This document shows, in pieces, positions 11,751 through 23,440 of a stretch of 64,000 bases of DNA (positions are counted from its first letter, which is position 1; every line of letters begins with the position of its first letter). Under the pieces are notes generated by a model that was given only the letters and a program-made list of their open reading frames with translations, made no database searches and was not told the DNA's origin. Location of the stretch: assembly GCA_013239625.1 (NCBI GenBank), contig MU054323.1, positions 124,001 through 188,000 of the forward strand. Direction: 5' to 3'. A program made the translations under genes and the position numbers. Source of the stretch: Lama guanicoe (taxonomy: Eukaryota).

Positions 11751-12918
11751 TTTTATACTCTGATTTCCCGAGATTAATTGTCAGCATGCCAAAAACTAAG
11801 AAACCACTTTTGCTGTCTACATTATGACCTTTGAATTAAATCATTTGAACATGAAACACAGTAGATCTGATTCCTTAGGGTTTATTAAATAGTCTTAGCA
11901 AAAAAAAAAAATAGTGAAAATTTTTATACACAAATGAAAAGTACAAAGAATAGCAAATATTTGTCCACTACGTAACTCTATCAAATCCAAATATTTTGCT
12001 ATACCCGTTCCATGTTTTAAAAAGAAGCAGAATGTTATAGACACAGCTGAAGCCCCCCGGGTACCTGCAAGAGCAGCGCTTTGTTTAGTACCTTAACTAG
12101 TTCTGTTACATCTTCTTTTTATACTAATGATGTCCAAGAGGATGGAGGAAGCAAGTGCTAAATGGGCTTTGGTCTCCCCATTCAGATCATGGCTCAGTAT
12201 GTCCCTACTGTACCTCTCAGTGAGGATGCTGGCTGCCTTAAAGAATCTGATCCTTAGTTACCTTATCTATAAAATTAAGGTTTTATGAACCTCAGAGAAT
12301 AAGAACCAAATGGACGGTGTCTACAGGCTATTATATGAAGAATTTCAAAGAAGTAGAAGGTAGTTAGGGCAGGTGGAGAAAAGCTTTCCAGGCATAAGGA
12401 ACAGCTTTAAAACACAAAAGATATGTAAGCCTGGAGGCACAGCCTGGAGCAGACTGGCAATAGTCCCTGATGGCTGGGCCTCAGCTCAGGGTTTGGGGGA
12501 GGGAAGAGGTCACCCCTGAAATTCTGACCCTTGGTTTGCCTCTAATGACTTCTCTAAAGCTTTGCCCACCTTCCTGTCTCCAACATCAGCATCTCTCCCT
12601 AAGTCCCCAGGCCCTCATCACTCCCTTCTCTGGCCCCAGTCTATGCCTTGTGAAGACTCCAAAGAGCATCCTATGGTTGTCTGTCCCTGCCTGCTTCCTC
12701 CACCAGACAGGTGGCTCCATGAAGGTGGAAATGGATCTGATTTATACGTGTCTCAGCTTCTAGCATGGAGGAGGCCTCCGTCAATGCTCTTCAGTAATAG
12801 ATGGGTGAGGGGGGAAAACGGTACAGGCACTGCTCCTCAGACCTTTCCAGAAATAGACATGTTCCCTGATCCATCAGGAAGGAGGGGGATTCTGAGAATA
12901 TTCTCCAAAGATAATCCA

Positions 12919-13421
12919 GGGGGAGCCAAGATGGAGGAGTAGAGAGACTCACAGCTCGCCCTCTCCCACAAATACACCAAGAATTACATCTGCAGGCCCA
13001 CTGGATCGCAAGGAACACCTACTGAACTCTGGCAGAGTGTCTCTCGTTTTGAAATACAGGAGGATTCTCACAAAATCCAAAAAACAACTTTATACTGTAC
13101 AGCCCAGGGAACTATACTCGATGTCTTGTAGAAGCTTATATTAAAAAGAATATGAAAAATGATAAATCACAGAGAAAAAAATGTGACAATGTGTGTGTAT
13201 ATGTCCGTGAATGACTGAAAAATTGTGCTGAACACTGGAATTTGACACAACATTGTAAAATGATTATAAATCAATAAAAAAGTTAAAAAAAAGAATATGA
13301 AAAATGAATATATGTATGTTCCTGTATGACTGAAGAATTGTGCTGTACACCTGAAATTGACACAACATTGTAAACTGAATACAAAAGTAAGTAAGTAAGT
13401 AAGTAAGTAAATAAATAATTG
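12919..13421 (+). mobile_element. Bipartite L1 derivative (5'UTR head + 3'UTR tail, no ORFs) with a nested young L1 tail
   Basis: Starts GGGGGAGCCAAGATGGAGGAGTAG and contains CCCACAAATACACCAAGAATTACATCTG...GAACACCTACTGAAC (L1 5'UTR-like); switches at ~13078 to 3'UTR TTTATACTGTACAGCCCAGGGAACTATA; ends (AAGT)n-AAATAAAT; TSD 12906-12918 / 13422-13434 (11/13). Confidence 0.75.
13163..13287 (+). mobile_element. 5'-truncated young L1 3' tail
   Basis: Homologous to the 3' end of the L1 at 26783-26930; perfect 20-bp TSD AAAAAGAATATGAAAAATGA (13143-13162 / 13288-13307). Confidence 0.85.
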
Positions 13422-13849
13422 CAGAGATAATTCACAGACACCCCAGTGGAATCTGCTCAAAGGAGGAACAAGGCGAGGGAGCAAGGAGATTACAGGAGCA
13501 AACACCCCGTGGCTTCCTCAGAGCCAAGGCATTTCCTTCTCACCAATCAAATCCCAGCTTACCCTACACCCCTTCTGCCGTGTCCGCCTTTCCTTTAGAC
13601 AGAAGCCCCAGAGGACAAGGGTGACCCTATAGCTATGACTCTCGCAAAAGTTCAGGCTCCAGGGTTCAGAAAAGCCACAAACAAGTGGAGATTCAGTGTC
13701 TCCCCAGCGCCAAGCAGAGCTGGTCCACTGAGTAAGGTTCCATGGGGCAAGAGACAGAATTCTGCGCTCAGGCTGTGAACTCAGAGAGATCATCAGGTCA
13801 ATGGGAACTGGACACAGATTGGGAAGCCTGGGGTTTAGATCTGGTCTGA

Positions 13850-14500
13850 CTCTCTGTTGCTGCATAACCAAACATCCCAAAACTTAGCGACCTAAAAATA
13901 ACACGATCATTAATTCCGCTCATGAATTGATAAGCTGGGTGGTGCTCAGTGGCGAGCATTCATCTTTGTGCCCTGAGGCATCAACTTGAACAGCTTGACT
14001 GGGGCAAATCTTCAAGATTCTTAGAGGACCTTTTGTCTGCCCGAGGGGTTCTAAGAGGCACCGCCTTCCAACTTCCTGAGGTCTTAACCAAAGATCTGAG
14101 AGTCCCAGCTGAGATTTATGTTTGACCTGAGCCCCTTTCTTAATTCAAGAATTGTCTACCTTCTGGAAAGACTTGGGAATGAAAAACAGTTGGATTTTCG
14201 AACCCAGCAAGACCTGGCTCCTTTTGCTCATCTCTCTCCGCTCACGTTTTGTCACAGCCATGTAGGAGAAGCCAAGTGGTACTTTTAACATTGTGCCTGA
14301 AAACCTTAGCTAGATTAGCCAGCTCATTAGATGCCTCCCTATTTCCCATGATTCTGCTGGTCGTGGTATTGCCAACCTTCTGGCCGTCCTATAACAAGAA
14401 GCCCCTAGACTTCAAAACTCCTAGGACAGTCTCATGGCTCTCCTAAAAGCCCTGGTTGACAGGCTTCTCAAGGCCTTTAGGGTTTCATCAACATTCTTCT
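13850..14500 (-). mobile_element. MaLR LTR fragment (MLT1H-like) plus MaLR internal fragment
   Basis: TGTTGCTGCATAACCAAACATCCCAAAACTTAG (LTR end); GAACCCAGCAAGACCTGGCTCC...TTGCCAACC...TATAACAAG (internal-like). Confidence 0.5.
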
Positions 14501-16206
14501 CGAGGCCCTTCAGCCTGTATATGCTGTTGTATGTCATGCCTGAGGCTGCCCCCGCCCCCAGCTGGTGGTAAAGCTGGGATTTGAACCCAGGCCTGTCCGA
14601 ATTCAAAACCCCTGTACTCACCACTTCAAGGAGGACTAAAGGATTGGCTGGCGTTTTAAGCCTTGAGGTATTTGAGGCTTGTCCAGCTTTGAAAGTCTGA
14701 GATGCTTGGGAGTATGGGAGTCTGAGGCTGGGTCTTCAAAAAATTTTTTTTTCAAGTATTCAACTGGGTTTCTTAGGATCTGAGAAAAGGAGGCTGAGTT
14801 GCTTCTTAGAATATGAAGAAACATGTTCAAGCCTGTATCCTTTATAGCTTTTCCTGTTGAAGCTTTTCAATCTCAGACTCAAAGCAGAATTTTAACAATA
14901 AACTCTGACTTTCTAGAAATCTGTCGCAATCGCCTTTTTGTTATTTTAATTGAGCCACTTTGCAATTATTGGAGTGTTTTTTTAAATGGGTGTGCTTTGC
15001 TTCTCTTGTGTGACATTTCTCATTCTTCTTTTGAGAAGGAAAAAAATGGATCCTCAACAGGTACTTTTGGCCAAAATCACAATGAACCAAGAAAGGGACC
15101 AGTTTGATTAGCGGCGCTCCTGCTGCAAACTCAGGGTCATCTGTCCTCCTGCTGGGACTCATCCTCGGGGTGCAGGCAGAGAGCGCCACAAACTGAACTC
15201 CGGGAGCCTGACAGCACTTGGTTTTGTCCCTTTGGGCTCTTTACTCTTTATTTCGCATTTGCCGTTCTGTTCACTTGAGCAATTCCGTGTTCAGAAATGA
15301 GTCCCTGGGACTATTTCCTGTCTGATAAAATTCAGAGCCGTGGCACCCCCGAGGATCACAGAGCTGGCAGGCGGGGCGGCTCCTTCAATGGGGGGAGGAG
15401 GCACTCCTGAACCCTCGCTGGACCCCATGCTCTCCAGCCACCATCCAAGCCCTAGCAGAGGAAGACCCAGGTGGACATGCTCATGAGCCTCAGCCTCCCT
15501 CTCCTCCTCCAAGGCCAGTCCTTTGTGGGCTACCTGGTCCCTTTGGCGGCAAGCATTCACTTTCTTCTTGAGGAAAGAGGCTGCTGTCTTCCCGGATACC
15601 TAATGGTGCGGGTCTGCTGCAGCCCTGTGGTGGGAGGAGTGCACTCCCACCGGCTCCTCCCCATCCTGGGACCTTGGCGCTCACTCAGCCCTGCTGGCTG
15701 ATGGGGATCCTGAGTACCGTGAGAGGAGAGTCACAGGAGTGTCACAGGAGAGAGAAGGCTCCCTTAGCACAGTCATGCCCAGGGGAGTTGCCCATTTTAG
15801 AGGACAGAGATTAGCTTTGAATCTGAGCTTGAAGAGACTTCACCTGGAGGCCTGACAGAGGACGGGTTTCTCATCTTCCTGCCCCCTTCTCATCCTCAGG
15901 GTGAAGCCACGGAGCCCAGCCACAGCCTGGCCAGAGCCAGAGGGCAAAGAGGAGGGTGCAAAAGACAGGCTCTCTTTGGGGAGGGTCAGGTACGTCAGGT
16001 AGAGACTGAGGATGGGTCTGGGGCTGGCGAGGATGGACACGGCTGCAGGGTCATGGCTGAGGCTGTGTTTCTGCCCCGGCCACCCCTTCCGCCCCTCCCA
16101 GCCCGCTGCCCACTGAGCTCGGCTGCCGGGCCTCGAAGGCAAGGCGCTCTCGGGCAGGGTCTGATGAAAAAGCCCTGATTGTTGGCAGGCAAGATTTTCT
16201 AAAACA

Positions 16207-16288
16207 GCTTCCATAGCAACCAGGGAACTGAGAGAAACAGCCCAACAGCTCCTGGTTGCTTAGCGAATGCGGGCTGCCGGGAAGCAAC
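16207..16288. promoter_or_regulatory. Cluster of RFX X-box-like motifs in GC-rich unique DNA
   Basis: GCTTCCATAGCAAC (16207-16220), GTTGCTTAGCGAA (16255-16267), GCTGCCGGGAAGCAAC (16273-16288). Confidence 0.45.
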
Positions 16289-17724
16289 AGTGACCGCTCT
16301 GCACCTGCCGGCGGGGACAGGGGAGCCTGGGAGAGGAGGGCTGTCCACTTGTCTCTCCTCTCATTCGAGGGGCTCAAGGCCAGAGCAGGACGAGGGCTCC
16401 GGGCCTCCAGGCTCCTCAGCCCTGAGGAGAATGGAACTGCAGGCAGGCTTGGCGCTAAGTGGCCAACAGGGAAGCCCAGGGCCTTGTGCTTTCAGACAGG
16501 TCTAGGGAGTGAGGCAGGGCAGCGACAGGATGAGCGAGGTGCCTTGGCCCAGAGGATTCCACGCTCAGTGGGGAGGGGCTGCCCCTGCGGGGGTCTGCAG
16601 GGGCCCCCTAGAGCCTGGGCCCAGAGCAGGGCCCGGGTGGGCTGGGCCTAAGGGTGGGGCTCTTTGAGATCTGGCTCCCGCAACCTCGTTGACCCACAGC
16701 TTCCCGCTATGTTTGGAATCTGGGAGCCTCACTTTTACGATGCTATAGGCCAGCGTGCTCTCTACAGGTGGGCCGCTCCAGCGTAGTGGCCTCCGAGGGG
16801 CCCAGCTGATGCCCCTCAAGCTCTCACCAAGCCCGCAGGTGGTTCCGCTCCCCTCCTTCCCTTATTCTCCAAAGAGTGGTCCTAGCTCCAGATGTGCCGT
16901 TTACTCAGGAAGCCTCTCTCCTCCTTGGTTTCCTAAATGGCCAAAATCTGCCCAAAGCTGGGCTTCCCTCTCCCTTTATTCCTCATTCTGGTCCAGCAAG
17001 GTCTCTTCAACCTTCATGCCAGGAAGGCAGCTGGAGCCGGAGAGAAGGTGGACAGTTCGTTTCACTCACTGGACTGTGATGTAGCTCAGTGCCTGGTAAC
17101 CAAAAAGCCCATGGCCGTGACTTTCTTTGAGGTCAGAACCATGTCTGACTCACCCGGTTATCCTTAGTCCCCAGAGCAGGGAAGGCTCAGAAGATTTTTG
17201 CTGAGTAATGGAGTGAGGGAAGAAAGTCCCTGGGCTGGAGGGAGAGGCCTGAGTGAGGCTGGATCTGGAGGTCAGGGCAGAGATGCGGTGGTTGGAGGCA
17301 GCGGTGGGAGCAAAGATTGGAAAGCTGAGCACTCAGCGGAGTCGATCCTCTGGGGCTGGGCATGGGGGAGTCAGTATCTGCTATGTTCCTTTCCTTTCTT
17401 ACTCTATTTAAACTGAAGGAAGCTCATGGTTGTGGAACCACCAGCCCAGGGGCCCGTCCCAGGAAACAATGCTACAAGCTGGCACTACAGGACTGGATCA
17501 GAGTCTTACCCTCTGACCCGTGTGGACGACAGCCAGACCCTGCCCGTGGTGACGGGGCTCCCTCCCCTGGGCCACGTCGCGAACTGGGAGCCGGGTGAGG
17601 TGAACGGATGGTGTTTTGTCAATCATTCGTGGGAACCACTAAGAGGGCCCTGGGTGGGGGGTTTCTAGGATACTAGTCAGATCACATAAAGGTGGTTTCC
17701 ATGTGCGATGGAAAAGCTCACAAA

Positions 17725-17920
17725 TGACATGGTGAGAGCAAGAGTGTTGGGGCTGGCCAGGAGCGCTGGGTTCAAATCCGGCTCTGCCCCCAGGTAGCAG
17801 GGCTGCCTTGCTCAGGGTCTGGCCCCCCGGGGGTCAGTTTCCTTCCATGTAAAACAATGATCGACGGCTCTGCAAGGCGGGTTGCTGTCTGTAAGGATTA
17901 GACAATGTAATCCATGTCCA
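17725..17920 (+). mobile_element. MIR SINE
   Basis: CTGGGTTCAAATCCGGCTCTGCC...TCAGTTTCCTTCCATGTAAAAC...AAGGATTAGA. Confidence 0.7.
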
Positions 17921-18844
17921 GCCTTTGACGAAGGGCCAGGGAGTGGTCCTGTTCAGCTTCGTGAGGTCCCTGGGTCACATCAGGGTGGAGCCTAGCGAGC
18001 CACATCCCCACCTGACCTCTGATCTGCACAGGGGTGGTGGCCGGGACTGGTGATGTGTGCGCAGAAGGCAGGGACGGCCACGTGGCCTGATTGCAGGGAT
18101 GGCCCTTCTGACTCTCTAAAATTGCCTCCTTGAGCCCAGAGCTCACGTCCCAGCACACTCCTCCTCCAGCACCTCGTTCACCTTCCCACCTCATGAGTTA
18201 CCAGCGGCCCACAGCATTTTACTGCGAGTTATCTGTAGACTGGGCACTGTGCCTGGGGCTGGGGTAAATAAAACAAAAATAGAAGAAAAAGCCTTCTAAG
18301 AACTCACAGAAGAGAAGCCGTCATGTGGTGCTGGGTGGGGCCTGGGGGCCGGGGGTGGTGGCAGATAAATCACTGGTCCCAGCTCAAAAGCGGCAAATTT
18401 AGAATTTAAACCCACATCGATGTGGCCCCTAGTAGAGTGCTCTTAAGTACGTGTCACTTATTAAAGGACTCAGGCTTCAATTATGGAAAGACTCTTTTAA
18501 CTCCAGCTTGGCTGATCCTGCTGATGGGAGAATGTCTCCTTGGAGAGGCAGCCTTGGGTAGCCGGGGGTTGGCTCTCTGGAAAGGTCCTTGGTGCAGAGC
18601 CCCCACTCTACTTTCATTCGCTATTAAAAAAAAAAAAAAGCTGGGAGTAGATTTAGTGGTTGTGAAATTTAAAAAGGCAAGTGCAGAGCTGGGAGGCATT
18701 TCCTTAAGCACGAAGTAATGAAGTGGCCAGCCTGCCCGCCCAGCGCGCTGCACATGGTTGGAATTAGCGGCAGTTGCAGAGCCATTCCACAGCCCCGCGG
18801 GGGCCCCTCCCTGGGGGAGAAGAGTCACCTCTCCCCTGCCCCTC

Positions 18845-19720
18845 TTTTTTTAAGACTTCATTTTTAAGAAGTTTTAGGTGCATAGCAAAATTGAGAGGGA
18901 GCTGGGGAGAGTTCCCGGATACCCCTTGTCCCAACACGTGCACAGCCTCCCCCGTTACCAATGTCCCCCACACAAGTGGTGCATTTGTTACAACTGATGA
19001 CCCTACACCGACGTGTCGCAATCCCTTAAAGTCCATAGTTCGCATCAGGGCTCGTGTTCAGAGTTGGACATGCTATGGATTTGGACAAAAGTGTAATGAT
19101 AATATCTCCATCACTACAGCATCACACAGAGTGGCTTCACTGCCCTAAAAATCCTCTGTGTTCCAGCTAGCATCTCTCTCCCCCCACAGCGCTGGCAACC
19201 ACCTGTCTTCTTACCGGCTCTGCGGTTTTGCCTTTTCCACAATGTCATGCAGTTGGAATCGTACAGTACACAGCCTTTACATATTAACTTTTTTCACTTA
19301 GTAACATGCACTTAAGTTTCTTCTGTGTCTTTTCATGGTTTCGAGGCTCATTTATTTTTAGTGTTGAATAATATTCCATTGTCTCGATGCACCAGTTTAT
19401 TTATCCACTTACCTCCTGAAAGACATCATGCTTGCTTCCAAGTTTTGGCAATTATGAAGAAATCTACTAGAATGGGCAGATTATGGTGTGGACATAAGTT
19501 TTCATCTCCTTTGGGTGAATACCAAGGAGCATAATTGCTGGATCCTACAGTAACAGTATGTTTAATTTTGTAAGAAACTGCCCAACTCTCTTCCAAAGTT
19601 TGGGCAGTGGCTGAACTATTTTGCATTCCCACCAGTAACGAAGGAGAGTTCTTGCTGCTCCACATTCTCGTCAGCATTTGGTGCTGTCAGTGTCCAGATT
19701 TTAGCCATTCTAACAGATGT
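18845..19720 (-). mobile_element. L1MC1-like 3' end
   Basis: GTTTTAGGTGCATAGCAAAATTGAG...GTGGTGCATTTGTTACAACTGATGA...TTTTGCATTCCCACCAG...TTTTAGCCATTCTAA; minus-strand ORF 19426-19677 is an ORF2 C-terminal remnant. Confidence 0.8.
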
Positions 19721-20019
19721 TCCCAATCCTCTTCAGAGGGGGAGCCCTAACAGAGGCAGGGGAGTCCTTTCATGCAGGGAGCACTTAGGGGATTTAAGAG
19801 CACAAAGTGTCATCTCTTATTGGAGTAAATTACCCCTCCACTCACTCACTCAATTATTCACTTATGGCTTCATGTAGTAACAAGTCAATATATTTACTCT
19901 TCATTCATTTCCCTCATATTTACCCACCACAGGGCAAGGACACTTAAATGAATAAAACACTCCTGCTTGGAGGAGCTCTCACATTTGTGCAATGACAGAC
20001 ATAAATTAAAAAATTGCAG

Positions 20020-20700
20020 TTATAAAAATAGTTACCATATGATCCAGCAATCCCACTCCTGGACGTATATTCAGAGAAAACGAATTTGAAAAGAAAACTA
20101 ATTTGAACCTGCAGCCCAGTGTTCACAGCAGCACTATTTACAACAGCCAAGACATGGAAGCAACTTAAATGTCCATTGACAGATGACTGGTTAAAGAAGA
20201 TGTGGTATATTTAGACATAGAATACTATTCAGCCACAAAAAAGAATGAAATAATGCATTTGCAGCAAGATGGATGGACCTAGAGATTGTCATATTAAGTG
20301 AAGTTAGTCAGACACAGAAAGCCAAGTATCACATGATATCACTTATATATGGAATCTAAAAAAATGACACAAATGAATTTATTTATAAACTGGAAATAGA
20401 CTCACAGACGTAGAAAACCAACTATGTTTACCAAAAGGAAAAGGTGGGGAGGGATAAATTAGGAGTTTGAGATTAAAATATATACAGTATTATATGTAAA
20501 ATAAACAACAAGGACCTACTGTATAGCACAGGGAACTATATCCAATACCTTATAAAAATCTATAATGGAAAAAAATCTGAAAAAGAATGTATGTGTGTGT
20601 GTATAAATCACTTTGCTGTATACCTGAAACTAACACAATGTTGTAAATCAATTATACTTCAATTTAAAAAAAAGAAAATAAAAATAAGTAAATAAATGGA
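20020..20700 (+). mobile_element. Cetartiodactyl-type L1 3' fragment inserted in an antisense L2
   Basis: TTACCATATGATCCAGCAATCCCACTCCTGG...CTACTGTATAGCACAGGGAACTATA...TATACTTCAAT + A tail; L2-like sequence on both sides. Confidence 0.85.
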
Positions 20701-21604
20701 AGTCACACACACAAATTAAAAAAGAAATCCAGTTCTAAAATAGGTGCCATTATGTAAAGATGCACAAAATGCAGTGCGGGCCAGCAGGAGGCCCAGCAGA
20801 AGGGAGGATCATTGTGGGCTTCAAGGAGGTGGTGTCCTTGAAGAATGGGTAAGCACAGATGCAGGGCTCGTCTTGGGAGAACACATGGCTCAGTGTGGTT
20901 GAGATGCAGGAGGAAAGGCAGAGGGTTCAGTAGGAGGCCCCCGATCCTGAGGAAAGCTGAATTTAAAACTTTGATAAGGGTAAGTATCCAATCACAGACG
21001 CCCCTGAACGCCATGCTGGAAACGGGAGCCATTGGCAAGTTTTCCCTTTTTTTCTTTCCAGGCCGGAGATGAGTGCTCTTGCTGCCATTTTGAGGTGTTT
21101 CAGCTCCCCTGCCAGCCACCCCTTGCATGACAAAGTCTCTCCGGGTCTAACAAGACTGCGGACTTTGAGGGTCCTTCACCTTCTTGAGGCTGACAACTCC
21201 TTGACTGGAGCCTTGCCTTTCCGAGACCCTCTCCTGAGTTCTCTGTGCCATTGGGTTGTGCTCCTAAGCAGTCTGTACCTTGAGGACTCCATCTGGGAGC
21301 CGGCTCCAGGGTTCAGGGGCCCCTCCCCAGTGGGGCGTTGCGGGAAACATCTGCTCAGGCCAGAGAGCAAGACCTCTTGTTGCCGCTTGTCCTCCTCCTC
21401 TCTCTTGCTGCCCTTTGAGACAGTAATTGTTGTTTTTCAAGGACGCTATGGCCCATGGCACTTTGGAAACCTTTTGGCAGGCCTGAGTCATTAGGGCTGG
21501 ACCCAGATGCCCCCAGGTCCCAGGAGGCCCTGGTGTGCCAGTCACAGGTGATGACAGCCCTGGGCCAGGTCTCCAGCCTCTGGGCCTACAGGAGCCTGCG
21601 GTTT

Positions 21605-21624
21605 TGTGTGTGTGTGTGTGTGTG
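21605..21624. repeat. (TG)n microsatellite
   Basis: Uninterrupted TG run. Confidence 0.9.
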
Positions 21625-21793
21625 AACACATGTGGCATTTCTGGGCCTTGGTTATTGCTCAGAGGGGCTCATATTTGGCCTTTTCCTTTATCACCATGTG
21701 TTTCTGGGAACTTTCCTCACATTATGGCCAATCAAGTTCAAGTCCTGCTGTGAGTGCAGAAAGGATCCACTCCTTCCCTCATTGGACAGCCCT

Positions 21794-21990
21794 CAGGGCC
21801 AGACTGACTTTGACCATTAGTCACTATAGGTACAGTGCCTTGGGTCTATTAGCTTTTTAAGAGCCTACAAAAATGTTTGAGGCCTGAAAAATTTATTTGC
21901 TCCCAAATATGTAAAGAAAACAGCCAAACAGAATTTAATAAGTATTCAATTGGAAGTCCATAAAACAAATAGCTGCCATTCAGTTCTTTT
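21794..21990 (+). mobile_element. hAT-Tip100 remnant (MER115/Zaphod-like)
   Basis: CATTAGTCACTATAGGTACAGTGCCTTGGG...TTTTTAAGAGCCTACAAAAATGTTT. Confidence 0.5.
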
Positions 21991-22016
21991 GGAATTATAT
22001 ACTTAATCTGGCAAGT

Positions 22017-22100
22017 TACTCTAGATTAAATGTCTGTGTCCCCCCAAAATTTGTATGTTGAAATCCTACCCCCAAAAGTGATGGTATTAAGAAGTGGGGT
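22017..22100 (+). mobile_element. MLT1A-like LTR 5' fragment
   Basis: AATGTCTGTGTCCCCCCAAAATTTGTATGTTGAAATCCTACCCCCAAAAGTGATGGTATTAAGAAGTGGGG. Confidence 0.75.
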
Positions 22101-22102
22101 TT

Positions 22103-23045
22103 AATCATTAAAAAGCCCACAAATGATAAATGCTGGAGAGGGTTTGGAGAAAAGGGAACCCTCCTACGCCATTGATGGGAATGTAATTTGGTGCAGCCAC
22201 TATGGAAAACAGTATGGAGATTCTTTAAAAAACTGAAAATACACTTACCCTATGATCCAGCAATCCCACTCCTGGGCATATATCCAGAGAAAACTCCAAT
22301 TCAAAAAGATACATGCACCCCAATGTTCATAGCAGCACTATTTACAATAGCCAAGACATAGAAGCAATCTAAATGTCCATTGGCAACAGATGATTGGATA
22401 AAGAAGTTGTGGTGTATTTATACAATGGAATACTACTCAGCCATAAAAAAGAGAATGAAATAATGCCACTTTCAAGAGCATAGGTGGACCTAGAGATTAT
22501 CATACTAAGTGAAGTAAGTCAGACAGACAGAGATAAATCTCATGTGATATCACTTTTTTCAATTAAAAATTTATTTATTTATTTTGGGGGGCTAATTAGG
22601 CTTGTTTAATTATTTTTTTTAGTGGAGGTACTGGGGATTGACCCAGGACCTCATGCATGCAAAGCACACACTCTACCACTGAGCTATACCCTCCCCACTT
22701 AATATCACTTATATATGAAATCTAAAAAAAAAAAATGACACAAATGAACTTATTTACAAACCAGAAATAGACTCACAGACATAGAAAACATACTTATGGT
22801 TGCCAAGGGGGAAAATGGGGGAGGGATAAATTGGGAGTTTGTGATTGGCAAATACAAACTACTATATACAGAATAGATAAACAACCAGGTCCTACTGTAT
22901 AGCATGGGGAACTATATTCAATGACTTATAATGACCTATAAAAGAAAAGAATATGAGGTATATATATATATGTGTGTGTGTATAAGTGAACCAGTATGCT
23001 GTACACCAGAAATTAACACAACATTGTAAGCCGAGTAAACTTCGA
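22103..23045 (+). mobile_element. Cetartiodactyl-type L1 3' fragment (ORF2 end + 3'UTR), split by a SINE
   Basis: AAATGCTGGAGAGGGTTTGGAGAAAAGGGAACCCTCC...GATACATGCACCCCAATGTTCATAGCAGC...CACCAGAAATTAACACAACATTGTAA. Confidence 0.9.
22556..22697 (-). mobile_element. Vic-1-type SINE inserted in L1
   Basis: GGAGGTACTGGGGATTGACCCAGGACCTCATGCATGC...CTACCACTGAGCTATACCCTCCCC; TSD ATATCACTT (22547-22555 / 22702-22710). Confidence 0.85.
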
Positions 23046-23084
23046 GTGAACAGAACTCCTTCACGTCAATGAACTCATCTGACC

Positions 23085-23440
23085 CTCTAGGCCTTTGCTC
23101 ATCTTATTCCCATTGACAGAAGTGGGGATATTTTCCTACCCAACTGGTGAACTCTTTCTTACTTGTCCCTAGAAATCAGCTCTGATGTTACTTCCTATAG
23201 GAACTCTTTCCTAAATATTACAGCCCAAAGAGCCTATCATTTCCTTCTTCACATGCTCACTATACCTAGTCCACACTTGTGTTTATTGCACAATGTGTTG
23301 TAGCGTGTGTGTCACCTCTCCCTTGACACCTCTGTATCGGGAGGGCAGACACAGGATTTTATTTTCTCTGTTTCTCCAGCTCTGAGCCTGACACAGAATA
23401 AAAGCTCACTAAGTAAGTGTTCAATTGAATCGAATCAAGT
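23085..23440 (+). mobile_element. L2 3' fragment
   Basis: GGCCTTTGCTCATC...TCAGCTCTGATGTTACTTCC...GAGGGCAG...CCTGACACAG...TTGAATCGAAT. Confidence 0.65.

Noticed and set aside
13143..13420. Direct repeats suggesting a tandem array or CRISPR-like structure
   Set aside because: Explained by one L1 tail nested in another, a TSD and an (AAGT)n tail; no repeat-spacer array exists in the window.
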